Assembly: GCA_951804945.1 (NCBI GenBank)
Contig: OX638152.1
Location: forward strand, 48,112,001-48,176,000
Source of the DNA: Podarcis cretensis
Taxonomy: Eukaryota
DNA: 64,000 nt
Direction of reading: 5' to 3'
Under the pieces are notes generated by a model, which ran no database searches, was not told where the DNA came from, and saw nothing but the letters and a program-made list of their open reading frames with translations. Below are positions 1 through 11,578 of the stretch, piece after piece (position 1 is the first letter of the stretch; each line of letters starts with the position of its first letter). The translations under genes and the position numbers were made by a program.

Positions 1-1996
1 CAATGCAACGTCCAACTGCTGTAACTGTCACTGCTCAATGGGAGGCCAGTCAGCCAGTCTATTTCATAAACTTTTAATCATGATAATGGAAAACAATTGT
101 CAGAAGCATCCTAGTGAATATTATTTGAGGCTGGAGGAGTTGGCAGCCATCTGTTCATTAATGTCTGCCATTGACACCTATCAAAAATATTACAAAGCTT
201 CAGGAGTGAAGACATTACAACTTTATTTCTTGTACAAATGGATTACTATCTTTGATAACTTTTAATTATTTGTTATTATGCCACATTTGTTTCGAGACAG
301 ACGATTAGCAACAAATATGCCTCCAGCTTCCCAAGATGTTCTAAAAGAAATTATTCTTTGTGTCATACTTCTGGAAAAAACCAAAAACTTATTGAAACAG
401 TTATCATGGTTAACAAGGAAATCATATTTTCACGATGTCAGAAAGCAGGAGGCTTGAAATCACCACAGATTCAGATTCAGAGGTCACAAGTCACTCATCT
501 GAGCTAGTCGCCCACCTTTGAAAGTGCCTGGCAACCTTGTTGCTGCCTCTGGGAATAGACAGCTGACATCTCCAGCTCCTGAATGTCACAGCCAGTAGAG
601 GGCAAGGGTAAACCAGGTAATAAGCTGCTATTTTTATTCCTCAAGGGAGACAGCTGAGGAACAACAATATTGAGGAATACAGTCCAAGACTCGTATGCCT
701 TGAACAAGCAAGAGACAAGCCCCAGATGAAGTCAGATCACAGCAACGTATAGAATCCAAGCAATTGTAAGCAAATAAGCTCAGAAACAGCAGCAAAGAGT
801 GCTTGAGAGCCAAACTGGTTGCATGTATTCCCCCCCCCCCCCCGTCAAACAATGTGCCAGTATATTATTGTTTTAAATGGGCGGGGGGAATGTGGTGAAG
901 GTTGCACTGGAAGGGATGGGAACATAGCAAGGGGAAGAAACTGTTTAATGATTTCCTTCCTCGCTATTTGTTAATTGAAACTGCTCCTCATGCTATATAA
1001 ATAGGAATCCTTTCAGCAATGGCAAAAAGAACCCTCTCCACCCCCTGCAGTACTATTAGGCTTAAAAAAACCCCTCACTTTTGGTGCCAAGGGGTGCACC
1101 AACTACAGCATGGAGGAGATGATTTTTGTTGTGTTGCAGTTGGGATGGTGGGGAAGGGTTAAACCTCCTCCCTCTGCATTCCAAATTAAAATTGACCCTG
1201 CACATACAATTAAACTTTTCAATACCACAGTGTGGTGGCTGTGAGTAGGTGTGATGCAATTAACATCACATGTCATTAGGCCCTAAGTAGAGGGCACTGG
1301 GAAACAGAGTGAAGTAGGTCCTTTCTCTACATACTGTACATGCACTTCTTTCACTTCTTAGTTTAATATTCCGCAATAGCCTTGTTTTTCATTTAAAAAA
1401 ACCTGCCATAAGAAAAACACACAACCATGGGCTCTTCCAGACGACTTGTTTATTGAGCGTTCATCCTTGTTTGTTTTCACAAAAGTTGTGCAGTTTTTTT
1501 AATTGTTTCTTTCCATGGAGGTTACAAGATATCATGTCAAACCATTGCTTTCCCACACTTCCCAATGGTTCCCCATTGCTTTCCTTACTGCAAAAGTCTG
1601 GGTTTGGGGCCCAAGTGGATTTTTGCCCAAGACCACTAAACCCACTTCAGTTGTGCAAGCTAAATTTGACAATGTATGATTGAAGGCCACCCTCAAAATA
1701 GCGGCAGTCTGGAAGCAGCTGTGTATCTAGTTTGGCTCTGGATCAGTACCTTTTTATTTTCTCAGCAGTACTTCCTAACCCCAGATTTAAAAACAACAAC
1801 TCCCTACTGTACTATTTTGATTGGAGAATTTTTTTTTTTTCCCGGATAAAACCCAACCCTTAAGGAATTCAAGAATACAAAGCATTTTGGATGGATACTG
1901 AAAATAGGTTGCACTTTGCATGCAAGTTTGGAGGATAGTTAATAATAAATGGGTTGAGTGTATATGCTACTTGTACACAAAATAGTTTTGCAAGAG

Positions 1997-2430
1997 AGGT
2001 TAAAAGTTCAAAGTTGAGCCTGAGTCTATACTGCCTTCACTGTTCTCTTTTAATTATCTGAGGTCAGGAAGTTAATAATACTAGAAATACCCACTAGAGA
2101 CCTCTTGCTCACTGTATGAACTTTAAACTTGTCTGCATTATTTTTTTTTTTGAAAGGGTAAAAAGTTCAGTGAAAACATGATGGTTTTCTCCTTTGGCCT
2201 ACACTAGTTCAACCTCAAGGGTTAAAAGTTTAACTGTAAAAGAGGAACCTTTGTTCGCTGAGGTAATTTCAAAAGTTCACTTATTAAAAGGTAAGATTTC
2301 AAATAAAAGGCAAAGTCCAGTGTGATTCTATTCCACAAGAATGAAAACCTTGTGACAAAGGAATACTCTTTAATCTGTTGTCACATCGGAATGACCTTCA
2401 CATTTTATTGTCTTTGTGTTTTGAACTTTG
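1997..2430. promoter_or_regulatory. Cluster of nuclear-receptor response elements (DR2/DR1/HNF4-type), candidate enhancer
   Basis: DR2-like at 1997-2010, 2156-2169, 2219-2232, 2266-2279; DR1-like at 2005-2017 and 2117-2129; AGGTCA at 2061; CAAAGTCCA at 2311-2319; TGACCT at 2392; TGAACTTTG at 2422-2430. Confidence 0.5.
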
Positions 2431-2573
2431 GAAAAGCAATGTCTCCTGTAAGCCAACTTTATAGGTTTAACGTCAACACACAGCACTGGATAATTCTTTA
2501 TATTTTACAAATAAATGCAATTTATGTTTACCACTTACACATTAAGTTCATTCCTGTATGCCTTGTGTTGCTG

Positions 2574-3252
2574 ATACCGCTTTCTTATAGATGGCAAGTA
2601 GTGATTCATAAAAATATGCTTCTTTCACACATTGGTAGATTACGCTAAACTGAACCATGGCTTAGTGCACATGTATAAACATGCAGGTTCCTAGGGAAGA
2701 GCTCACACCTGCTATGTTCTTCCTTGGTCCCTTTAGCTCAGCAGAGCACTGAGCTAAATAAACCCTGGCTATAAGTCATGGCTAAGAAGGAGAAAGCTTA
2801 ACCATGAGCCCGGGTTTGGAGAACAGGCCACCCTGAATCACTACTGAGCTAAAGGGCCAGGGAGGAGCAAAGCAGCTGTGATCTCCTGTCTGGGAACCTG
2901 CATGTTCATGCCTATGCATTAAGCCATGGTTCAGCTTAGCAAACTACAGTGGTACCTCAGGTTAAGAACTTAATTCGTTCTGGAGGTCCATTCTTAACCT
3001 GAAACTGTTCTTAACCTGAGGTACCACTTTAGCTTATGGGGCCTCCTGCTGCTGCTGCACTGCCGCCACGCAATTTCTGTTCTCATCCTGAAGCAAAGTT
3101 CTTAACCCAAGGTACTATTTCTGGGTTAGCGGAGTCTGTAACCTGAAGCATCTGTAACCTGAAGTGTCTGTAACCTGAGGTACCACCAATGTGCATGAAA
3201 GAAGCAGATTTTTTAAATAAATAACTACTTACCATCTATAAGAAAGTGGTAT
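2574..3252. mobile_element. Long palindromic MITE-like element interrupted by a second MITE
   Basis: ATACCGCTTTCTTATAGATGG (from 2574) pairs with CCATCTATAAGAAAGTGGTAT (to 3252); GCTAAACTGAACCATGGCTTA (2644-2664) pairs with TAAGCCATGGTTCAGCTTAGC (2920-2940). Confidence 0.75.
2947..3186. mobile_element. Tigger/pogo-like MITE
   Basis: TA followed by TIR CAGTGGTACCTCAGGTTA ... TAACCTGAGGTACCAC (last bases lost); internal TGTAACCTGAAG repeats; same family at 52320. Confidence 0.8.
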
Positions 3253-5814
3253 TTGAAAGAACAATGCACAACCCTGTAAATGTAGATCAGAGCCCTCAAT
3301 GCTAAACCTTTGAAAAACTGAGCTAGGGATACCTTGGTGTTTATGAGTGAAGCACACCACAAAGTTCCACCCACAGTAGACTCTAACCCTCTTCAGGTCA
3401 GTTGTTGTCATGTTGTGTACTGAAAACACTTGACTTATGTTGGGAGGGTCAAGTGTGCAACATGCATCACATTTATATAGTGTTCGGACAAAGTGCTTCA
3501 CACCCATTATCTCAGCTCTTTAAGCTCAGTCAAGGACTTAAATTGTTGCTAGGTACCCTGAGATCAGTGAATTTGTTTATTATACGAATAAAGTGTTGTT
3601 TAATCGTATCTTAAACTGTTGTTACCCACCCTGAAATCTTCTAGGATGAACAATGGGATAGATAAGATCAATTTTTAAATAAATTTCTATTGATAAAATA
3701 AATTTAAAAATAAATGTCACTATGCCCATATTGTGGTTTGGAGTGAGGAAGGAATGAAACTGAAAAATAGTGGCTTGCTTGAACCCACGTAGTTCATTTG
3801 TGAGTAAAGTGAGAATTTGAGCCAGTAGCTGATTAGCTCATATGTCACACTCTTAGCTGTGACATTACCCTACATACTGGATCCAAAGCTTTCCTTCTCT
3901 AGTATTTTTGCTAAGAGATCCATTAATTTTGCCTCGGTGTCCTTAATTTTCAGACCTTTCTTTGCATCTCTAACCAAACCATCTCTGTTTCTGTTCCCAA
4001 TGTAAAAGCTGTACGCTACATTGCTTCAAAAGTTGGATTCAGATCATTTTTCTTTATATAAAAACTAGGAAGTGTATTTGTTCTCATTAAGGCACTCTTC
4101 TTAAAGTGACATAAATTCATTTCCTTTATCTAGTTAGCAAATGGGAAGTGCTCGTGTTTGAGGCTCTTCCAGTTTCAGTGCAGTAAGTGTCAATGGACAG
4201 AAGCCAAATTTGTTCATTTGGCCTCGTAGATCTTACAACGGAAAAAGAGGTGATTTGGATTTATTTATTTTTTAAAAAAATGTAATTGAAATTATAAGCA
4301 GAGGCTCTATATGGACATATGCTGTGAATTATTTCAAATACGTACCGGTATGTTGCTTAGATAATTGGGAAGCAGCATGAAGGTTGCGTTCTCAATTTTC
4401 CTTGGCATGCTGTTTTAAACATTGTTTTGTATTGTGTTGCCTTGAATCCACTCTTTTTTTAGGATTAAAATCCACTATCCGGGTGCTAGCAGAGTCCTTC
4501 TTTGGTAGTTGCTCATGTTCTGTCCCTCACAGTTAGGTACCCAGGAAAAGCCTATCATCTCCAGATCAATATCCCAAACTTCTGTGCCCCTAAGGGAAAT
4601 TTCATTTTGCTATCATGCAGGGCTCCAATTATGAAACAATGGGTAGGAGGTCAGTCCACAAGCTCCATCCTCTGGTTCCTCCAAATTTTAGCCAAACCAC
4701 ACACCCTGTCTAAAGACTGAAGCAAAGGAGCAGAGCAACACAAAAGCCCCCCTCTTTAATTCGAGCCATGCTATCATATTAGAAAGGAAGCTTGTGTAAC
4801 ACCATGTCCTCAAGGAGCAAGCATGATGAGGGGAATATATGTATTAACTTGACTTGTCCTAGTCCTTGTCATGCCTACTAGCTCTGCATTCTGTAGAGCA
4901 GAGGAGGGGAACCTGTAGCCTGCCAGACATTGCTGGACTACAACCCCTAACCATTGGACATGGGAGTTGGAGACCAACAATTTCTGCTTGGCCACAAGTC
5001 TACTACTCCTAGTGAAATGGAAATATAGGCCCTTACTGTTTATTAGGAAAGATGGCAAGAGATTTGAGGCAAAAACTAAGGAGTGAACTAAGTGTCAGAA
5101 CGAATGAAGAAGCTGCCACGAGAATTTTTATACTGAATCTTTAGAGTTGCTGTTCCTGTAGAATAGCTTGTATGTTTGTTGAGATCAAGATATTTCATGA
5201 TAGAAATATTATGCAAAATTGACAGTATGGTGGAGTAACAAAATGGCTATATATTCTTGAACATATAACCACATATTTCTTATAACGGTAGTCACATATG
5301 CACATTTCAGTGCCTAGTACTGTACACATGCTACATATTAGCAAATTCTGTTCCTGTAAACCTATAAAGGCAAGTTCTGCAAAAAAATACACAATCTTAT
5401 GTAGAAATGTTCACTTTGGTAAAGTACTGGGTCAAAGCTACTCTCAAATTTCAAGTTTTGTGCTGCATGTGCAGGGGGAAGAGGGTGTAAATTATGAAAT
5501 GTCCTAAAATATGAATAAGTCATGTGGAAATAATTAATCACAGGAAACTCATTAAAATTAAAAGTGTATTTTAAATGGTTTCTTGATTGAGTACAAATGC
5601 CTCATTAATTAAGAATGCATTGACTTAAGAACACAAGTGATGTCAAAAAGAGAATAATGACTGACATGACATGGAATACAACATGCTGTGTGTTCTCTGT
5701 CTCAAACACTCAGGAAGAACAGTCTCCACAAAAGGTCAGTGGATGCATAAGATGGAAAGCTCTTCAATGCCTCTTGATTATTTTAAAGTGCCATTGTACA
5801 CAGGGATGTTGGGT

Positions 5815-6470
5815 AGAATCATAGGATCATTGGGTTGGAAGGGAACTTGGAAGGCATCTAATCCAATCTACCACTGCAGGCAGGACCAGCAATGCTGGAC
5901 GCACTTACAGCATCCCTGACAGATGGTCTACTAGTCTCTGTTTAAGTTCCTCAAGAGAAGAAGACCCAACCATCTCCCAGGGCAGTCTGTTCCATTCTGA
6001 ACATTTCTTCCTGTTAGCAAGTGTAGCTCTCTTTCCCACTGAGATTGTCTTGAGGTATGACTGTATTCTGCTGGTTCTCTCCATTCTGTTTCCGTTATGC
6101 TCACTAGATCTGTGTTCTCCTTTATAACCAAGCATTCCAGCTTGCCCATCTTAACTTTGGGGCTTCTAGCATTAGCATAGAAACATCGGCACATGGTGTC
6201 CCTTTCTTTCCATCATGTGCATGTTTTTCCTGTCACCATTTGGCCTCTTTGACTGGCTGTCATGTTCTGCTGTAGGTTCTTGGCCTCTTTCCACATGGTT
6301 CCCCTGGGGGTAGGGAGAGAACATTTTCATCCCCATCCCTTAGGAATGATAAATCCTGAAGTGAATACTACTCCCGCTTCTGTTGGCTTTCCCCCAGAGA
6401 TCATTTTTAAAAGAGTTCTATCAACTTCTTGCTGTGCAGAACCAGCAGTTAAGTTCCATTCTGTGTTCCT
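5815..6470 (-). mobile_element. CR1 LINE remnant: ORF1 end and ORF2 endonuclease start joined to ORF2 C-terminus and 3' tail
   Basis: CFYANARS...DLVSITETEW (APE N-terminus, ~6060-6194); WNRLPWEMVGSSSLEELKQRLVDHLSGML* (ORF2 end at 5905); ATTCTA-type tail near 5815. Confidence 0.85.
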
Positions 6471-7534
6471 CTAGTGCTGCTGCTCCTTGATGTTTGTAGT
6501 TGTTTTAAGAATATTTCCATTTGAGTATGAATCTTTCAGGATTGTGTGATATCACCTTACAGATGACAAAATATAAAGGAAAAATCCATGTGTTGTTTGT
6601 TAGATTCGTCATAATGTTTAGTCACTGAAGTACTATACACATTTCAGTAATGCCCAACTCCCGTATCAGCTATACATGAGCAGGTTTTAAGTTCTGGGGG
6701 AAAAATATTTGGCTTGATAGATTAACAGAGCACTACTGGTACAGTATTGCATAAATATCAATAGAACTTGTACACAGACCACTTCTGAAATGATTCTGCT
6801 TCCTAATTGCAACAAGAACTAAGCTGCAAGTTTCTTTAACATTCACTCTATATCAAAGAACTTGTTTCCCAGTATGTAACTAAGCAACCAAATGTCCTTG
6901 TGTCTTCCACCAATCAAAAGCTGGCCATGCACAACGCTGCATATCAAATATGTGTCTGTTAAGCCATAAAGATCAGGCAGAACAATGGAAATGTGGATGC
7001 ATGCATTGTAGGAGAAGCTTTTCGGAAGGACTTTCTAGGTGCTTCAATTTTCCACCAGATCTTTATCGTTCTATTAACATGACTTTTCTGGGGGAAAGCA
7101 ATTGCCCATTTCCATGGTGTACATCATATTTGCAATGAACTATCTCTAGTGTGTGACACTTTGTAATAATTGGCCTAATCTTTATTAATTTCTCTGATGT
7201 TCATCGTAGTAACATTAATCATTTGATGCACTTTTGGTATTAATTTGAATGTCATAGGTACTTTCCTAGCAGTTCCATTGTAATTCTGGATTAATTAATT
7301 TACTGTTCCTGCCAATTTTGATTTAAAAATTAGACTTCTAGTACAAAATCCACCTTGGCAGTTACTTCTTCTTTTTTTTACATTTTTAATTGCTGGTGCA
7401 AATGCCGAGGGTATGGTTATCTTGTGTGGCTCCTGTTTCAACAAGAATTTCACATTTTAATTTTATTTAAATGTCGACACAACAGAAAGTCCTTGGGGAA
7501 ATTGCATATATACTAAAAGTTCAGATTTGGGACA

Positions 7535-8560
7535 TGTCGGGGATCTGCACCCTCCACCCTTTGTATCTCAGGGAGCCTCTTCATACCCTAATGAAGAACA
7601 CCCATAGAAGGTGAGTTATAAGGGGGTGTACTGCCTAGCAAAAGCAAACAGGAGATTATGGCTTGCTGAAGCAGCCAATATGGTAAGACTCTTCTAGAAC
7701 TTAGCTGCTGGTGAAATTAATGGGGGCCCAAAGACATGAGCATGAGGAGATTGCTTGAATTACATTATCCATGAAGAAGTGGAAGGAGACATTACTAAGG
7801 GATAGAATTGGCTTAAGATGTGGCTTAAGATCTAAATGTAATAGTAGTTGGAGAACATGTTGCTGAACTTTTGTGAATGCATTGATTAGGTTTCATCCAT
7901 TATTCTGCTGAATTTACCATATTGGTTTGCTGACAGTACTGGATTAGTTTGCTGACATCAATATATTTGTTTGGATGGCAAGAGTATCACAGGATAGAAC
8001 AGGGAGTGGCTTGGGAATCTGTTTACTGCTTTGCAGAAAGTATTATAAAAGGAACAGTTAAAAAAGGAACACCAATCTGTTCCAGTTGTTTTAAATTTAA
8101 AACAAGGTGATACATAGGCTTTCAAAAGGGACGTCCTGGTAAGTTATTCCAGGACAGTCTGCCTGTTCTGTTGGTGAAGACTTACCCTGGACTAACAGGA
8201 AAAGGTCTATGGCTCACCTGTAAATGATGATCAGAGGGACAGATCATCCCACTTCACTGTAGGTGTCAAGAGCAAGCAGTGAGTCATCATCATTTGATAA
8301 TTATCTCCTCTTGTGGCTAGAGCCTTGTGAACAGATTTATTGTAGTTGAGGTGACATGGCAAGTTTATTGTAGTGGAGTCTTCTGAGTGTACTGGGTCGT
8401 ACTTGTCATTAGGTGTACTAGATCGTACTTGTCATTATTGTAATGTCAAATAAAATTGAGTTGTCTCATATCCCTTTGGTGGTTTTCAACCCTTAAACTA
8501 TCCTGTGTCAGTGCTTTTACTGCTTCTCCTTTCTACCTCTTTTCCCTGCTTCTGCCCACA
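7535..8560 (+). mobile_element. Possible old solo LTR
   Basis: Starts TGTCGGG and ends GCCCACA; TATAAAA at 8044-8050; AATAAA at 8449-8454; internal ~25 bp tandem duplication at 8387-8437. No TSD found. Confidence 0.4.
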
Positions 8561-8687
8561 AGAAGACAGTAATGATTGCATCATGAGATTGTACATTCAT
8601 TTAAGTGCAGGAAGTCCCTGAATCTATGGTATAGAACTGCTTCTAGTAGACTAAGCATATGATTTTGAGTCCAGCTCTTGTTTTTGA

Positions 8688-8792
8688 CCAGTTGCTGGAG
8701 AGGGCTTCCCACAGACATCTGGTTGGCCACTGTGAGGATTACGAACCAGACAGGCCTTGGGTCTAATCCAGAAGAACTTTTGGGCTCTTATC
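8688..8792 (+). mobile_element. CR1 3' end fragment
   Basis: GGGCTTCCCACAGACATCTGGTTGGCCACTGTGAG...GGTCTAATCCAG; reverse copies at ~14900-14965 and 58791-58872. Confidence 0.6.
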
Positions 8793-9358
8793 TCAGAGTG
8801 TGGGGAAGCAGGGAAGAAACAAGCACTGGGATTCTAAATAACTATCATCTTCAAGTATAATAAACTCCAGGCCAGTTTATGCCAGTCTCCTTGGTGATGT
8901 CCACCAAGAGAGAGTTAAACGCACAGGCATTTATTTTATTGGTCCAAAAATAAATGCTACAAGTAAGCAGAAATGAAAGTGGTGTGGGTTTACCACTTTC
9001 TCCAGCAATGATGGCAGGAGCTGTCTCTGACATATTTTATTCCCTAAAAAATGTTTTCTTTTGCTTTTGGCAGTGGTAAATATGATACAGAAGCATTATC
9101 ACCAGCTCCTGGAAATACACTGGCAAATTGATGGCATTTGACCATCAGATGCTTACTTAAAAAGTAACTGCTGGAGAAAATGAAGGAGAGCTGACTATCT
9201 ATGAGGTTTATTGAGGCGGCTGACATGCTACAAAAGGCAGGTGGGTGTGAGGCTTGAATGGTTTACAACCAGCAATAACAAGACTGAAAATACATCTTAA
9301 TCATGTAATCTCCCACCACGTGATCCTATGCCTGAGGTGAAGGTGATGGGGATCATTC

Positions 9359-10136
9359 TGTTAGGGCAAGCTGGTGCCTTTCCAGGCAGATTACTGGGCA
9401 TGTTAACACAGAAGAAAAAGGATTGCTTTGCACATGACGTAAGGAAGAAAGGAGGTTATGCAGCACAAGCCACAGGAGGAAAGAGATCAGCCCCAGAGCC
9501 ACAAAGGCGAGGGACATGTGGAAAGCCTTGTGGCTAATCAGGGTCTACCTGCAGTGAATTTACCTTGATTTGTCCAGAGGAAATGTGAAAAGGAAAGTGA
9601 AAGTGTCTCAAAGAAAACAGTTTCTGTTGAGATAAAGCAGAATTGGAAGCCTTGGTCAAAAAGTTGTATTTGTGGATTAAGCATGCATGGGATTATTTTA
9701 GATTAAGTTTTTTTTGTATCTCTGTTGAAAGCTGTGGTCTGTCCTAAGCCTTTTGGACAGGGCACTCTGAAAATGAAAACATAAAGAGTTATACGTGTAT
9801 ATCCACATAAGGTCCCAAGCTGGGGATTTGGACACAGAAGAGTTTGTCAAAGCAGGAAGGGTCAAAAGAGGCCGCATGAAAGGCAGACAAGTGATTCTTG
9901 AAGCAGCTTTTAGACTGCTCTCTTATAGTGAGATGTTCTGATGTTTTTGTTTTCATTTGCTTTAGAGTAATCTTAACTTTTTGTAAACTGGCCTGGAACT
10001 TGTTAAAAGTATGGAGTATTAATCCCTAATGTGCATAAAAGGCATAGAACAAATATGTAAGGTATCCTTGCTAAACTCAAAGGCTTTTCCTAAGTCCAGA
10101 GCTGTGGTTCAGTTATTTCACAATGAATCCCTGACA
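9359..10136 (+). mobile_element. Possible old solo LTR (Gypsy-like)
   Basis: Inverted termini TGTTAGGG...CCCTGACA, ~780 bp; TSD not convincing (ATTC/ATGT). Confidence 0.35.
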
Positions 10137-10791
10137 ATGTTTTAATATTGTTTTGGCACTGCTTCAAAGAAAGAAAGCTCCACAGTATAAGTTGTGCATC
10201 AAGCCTCTTCATGTTAATGGCTGGGACCACTTATTATACTCAGAAGTGTGTCCCACTCAGTTCAATAGCACTTCCTTCTAGGTGAATGAGGATAGGATCG
10301 CAGGCCGATTAAGACGAGGATGAGATCAAGTTTGGGCTATAAAACTGCTTTTGGCCTTTGGTGAAGTGCAGGGCTATCCTATGCATTTTTACTCAGAGGG
10401 AAGTCCCACTGTGTTAAATGGGACCTTCTCCTGAGCAAGTGTGTGTTTAGAGTCACTTAACATGAGGAAAACACCACTGGAGATAATCTTCTGTAGCTAT
10501 AAGCAGTCAGGAAACAGAGGACATCCTCAACCATCAAGGCATTTCTAAAAAAGATGAAAAGCAAAAATACATTGATTGCTTTCCTATATGACAGCAGCGG
10601 TCCTATGTACATGCGTAATTCATAATGGAATGAACTGACAACCTACAACTCACTGATTTATAGATACGAGACATGTGATACTCTGGATTTTTAAAAACTA
10701 AATAAATAACCTGATAAATACATAAATAAATGGACAAAGCATTTAGGGTGCGTTGCTCAAGCTACTAAGAACACTCTTTAGCCATCCAGCT

Positions 10792-11578
10792 AGTTGCGTG
10801 TCGAGGTCCCCAATTCACCCCCCAAAATAACTCACAACGGACACGTAATTTTTGTTTAAGATTTTTGGCATGATTTTGGCCACAACTTTATTAAAATACA
10901 AACCGTGAGTGGTTGTTTAGGCATTGGTTAAGACTATCTGTCCCCCCGCCTGGGGACAGAACTGACTTCCGGGCACCACCGAAAGACAGTGTGGGGGAAA
11001 GCAAGTCGGGGAAGAATTGGAGCTGAGTCACAGACCCTCAACTCTCACCCGCCTGCTCCCCGAAGGCTTGCCCTAGTCCCATTCCAGGGATTGGACGAAA
11101 AGATGGCAAGCCCCAGGATTCCTTTAACGGAATTCCCTTTCCGCAGCAACCATGGAAGGGCAGGCCCAGCCTATCCTAACCCCTCCTCCACCAGATTTAT
11201 AACCAATGCCTAACCACAACCTTACAAGTTGTGACGATTTGCTACGCAGTAGGCAAAAACCAAATGGCCCAGCCAATCAGCCAGATGGACAAAATTCCTA
11301 CCAGGCCTCTGCCCCAACGGCAGACAACCCCATGACAGGCATAGCAAGGTCAACGCAACAACCCCTTACTCTAGGGCGGGTGGGTGGGTGATCCGTTGCA
11401 CGCAGCAAAAGAGAAAGTACAAGGCTGCGTGCAGAGTATTTAAACCTTTTACCCCTCCCACCAAAATTGCAACATAACTTTCCCCCCAGCAACTCGGCAA
11501 TCCAATCAATGCCCCCTGGCCATCTTGGAGAACTTACCCAGCAACAAAGGGGGTGGCTCAGTAGACCCCACCGCAACA
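10792..11578 (-). mobile_element. Solo LTR, relatively young
   Basis: GC/CpG-rich block. Minus strand starts TGTTGCGG and ends CGCAACT (short inverted termini); CCAAT at 11502-11506; TATA-like TTTAAATA at 11437-11444; AATAAAGTTGTGGCC with the hexamer at 10887-10892. Confidence 0.65.

Noticed and set aside
2947-3186. Regularly spaced short repeats resembling a CRISPR array
   Set aside because: Internal repeats of a TIR element in a vertebrate genome; no unique spacers or cas genes.
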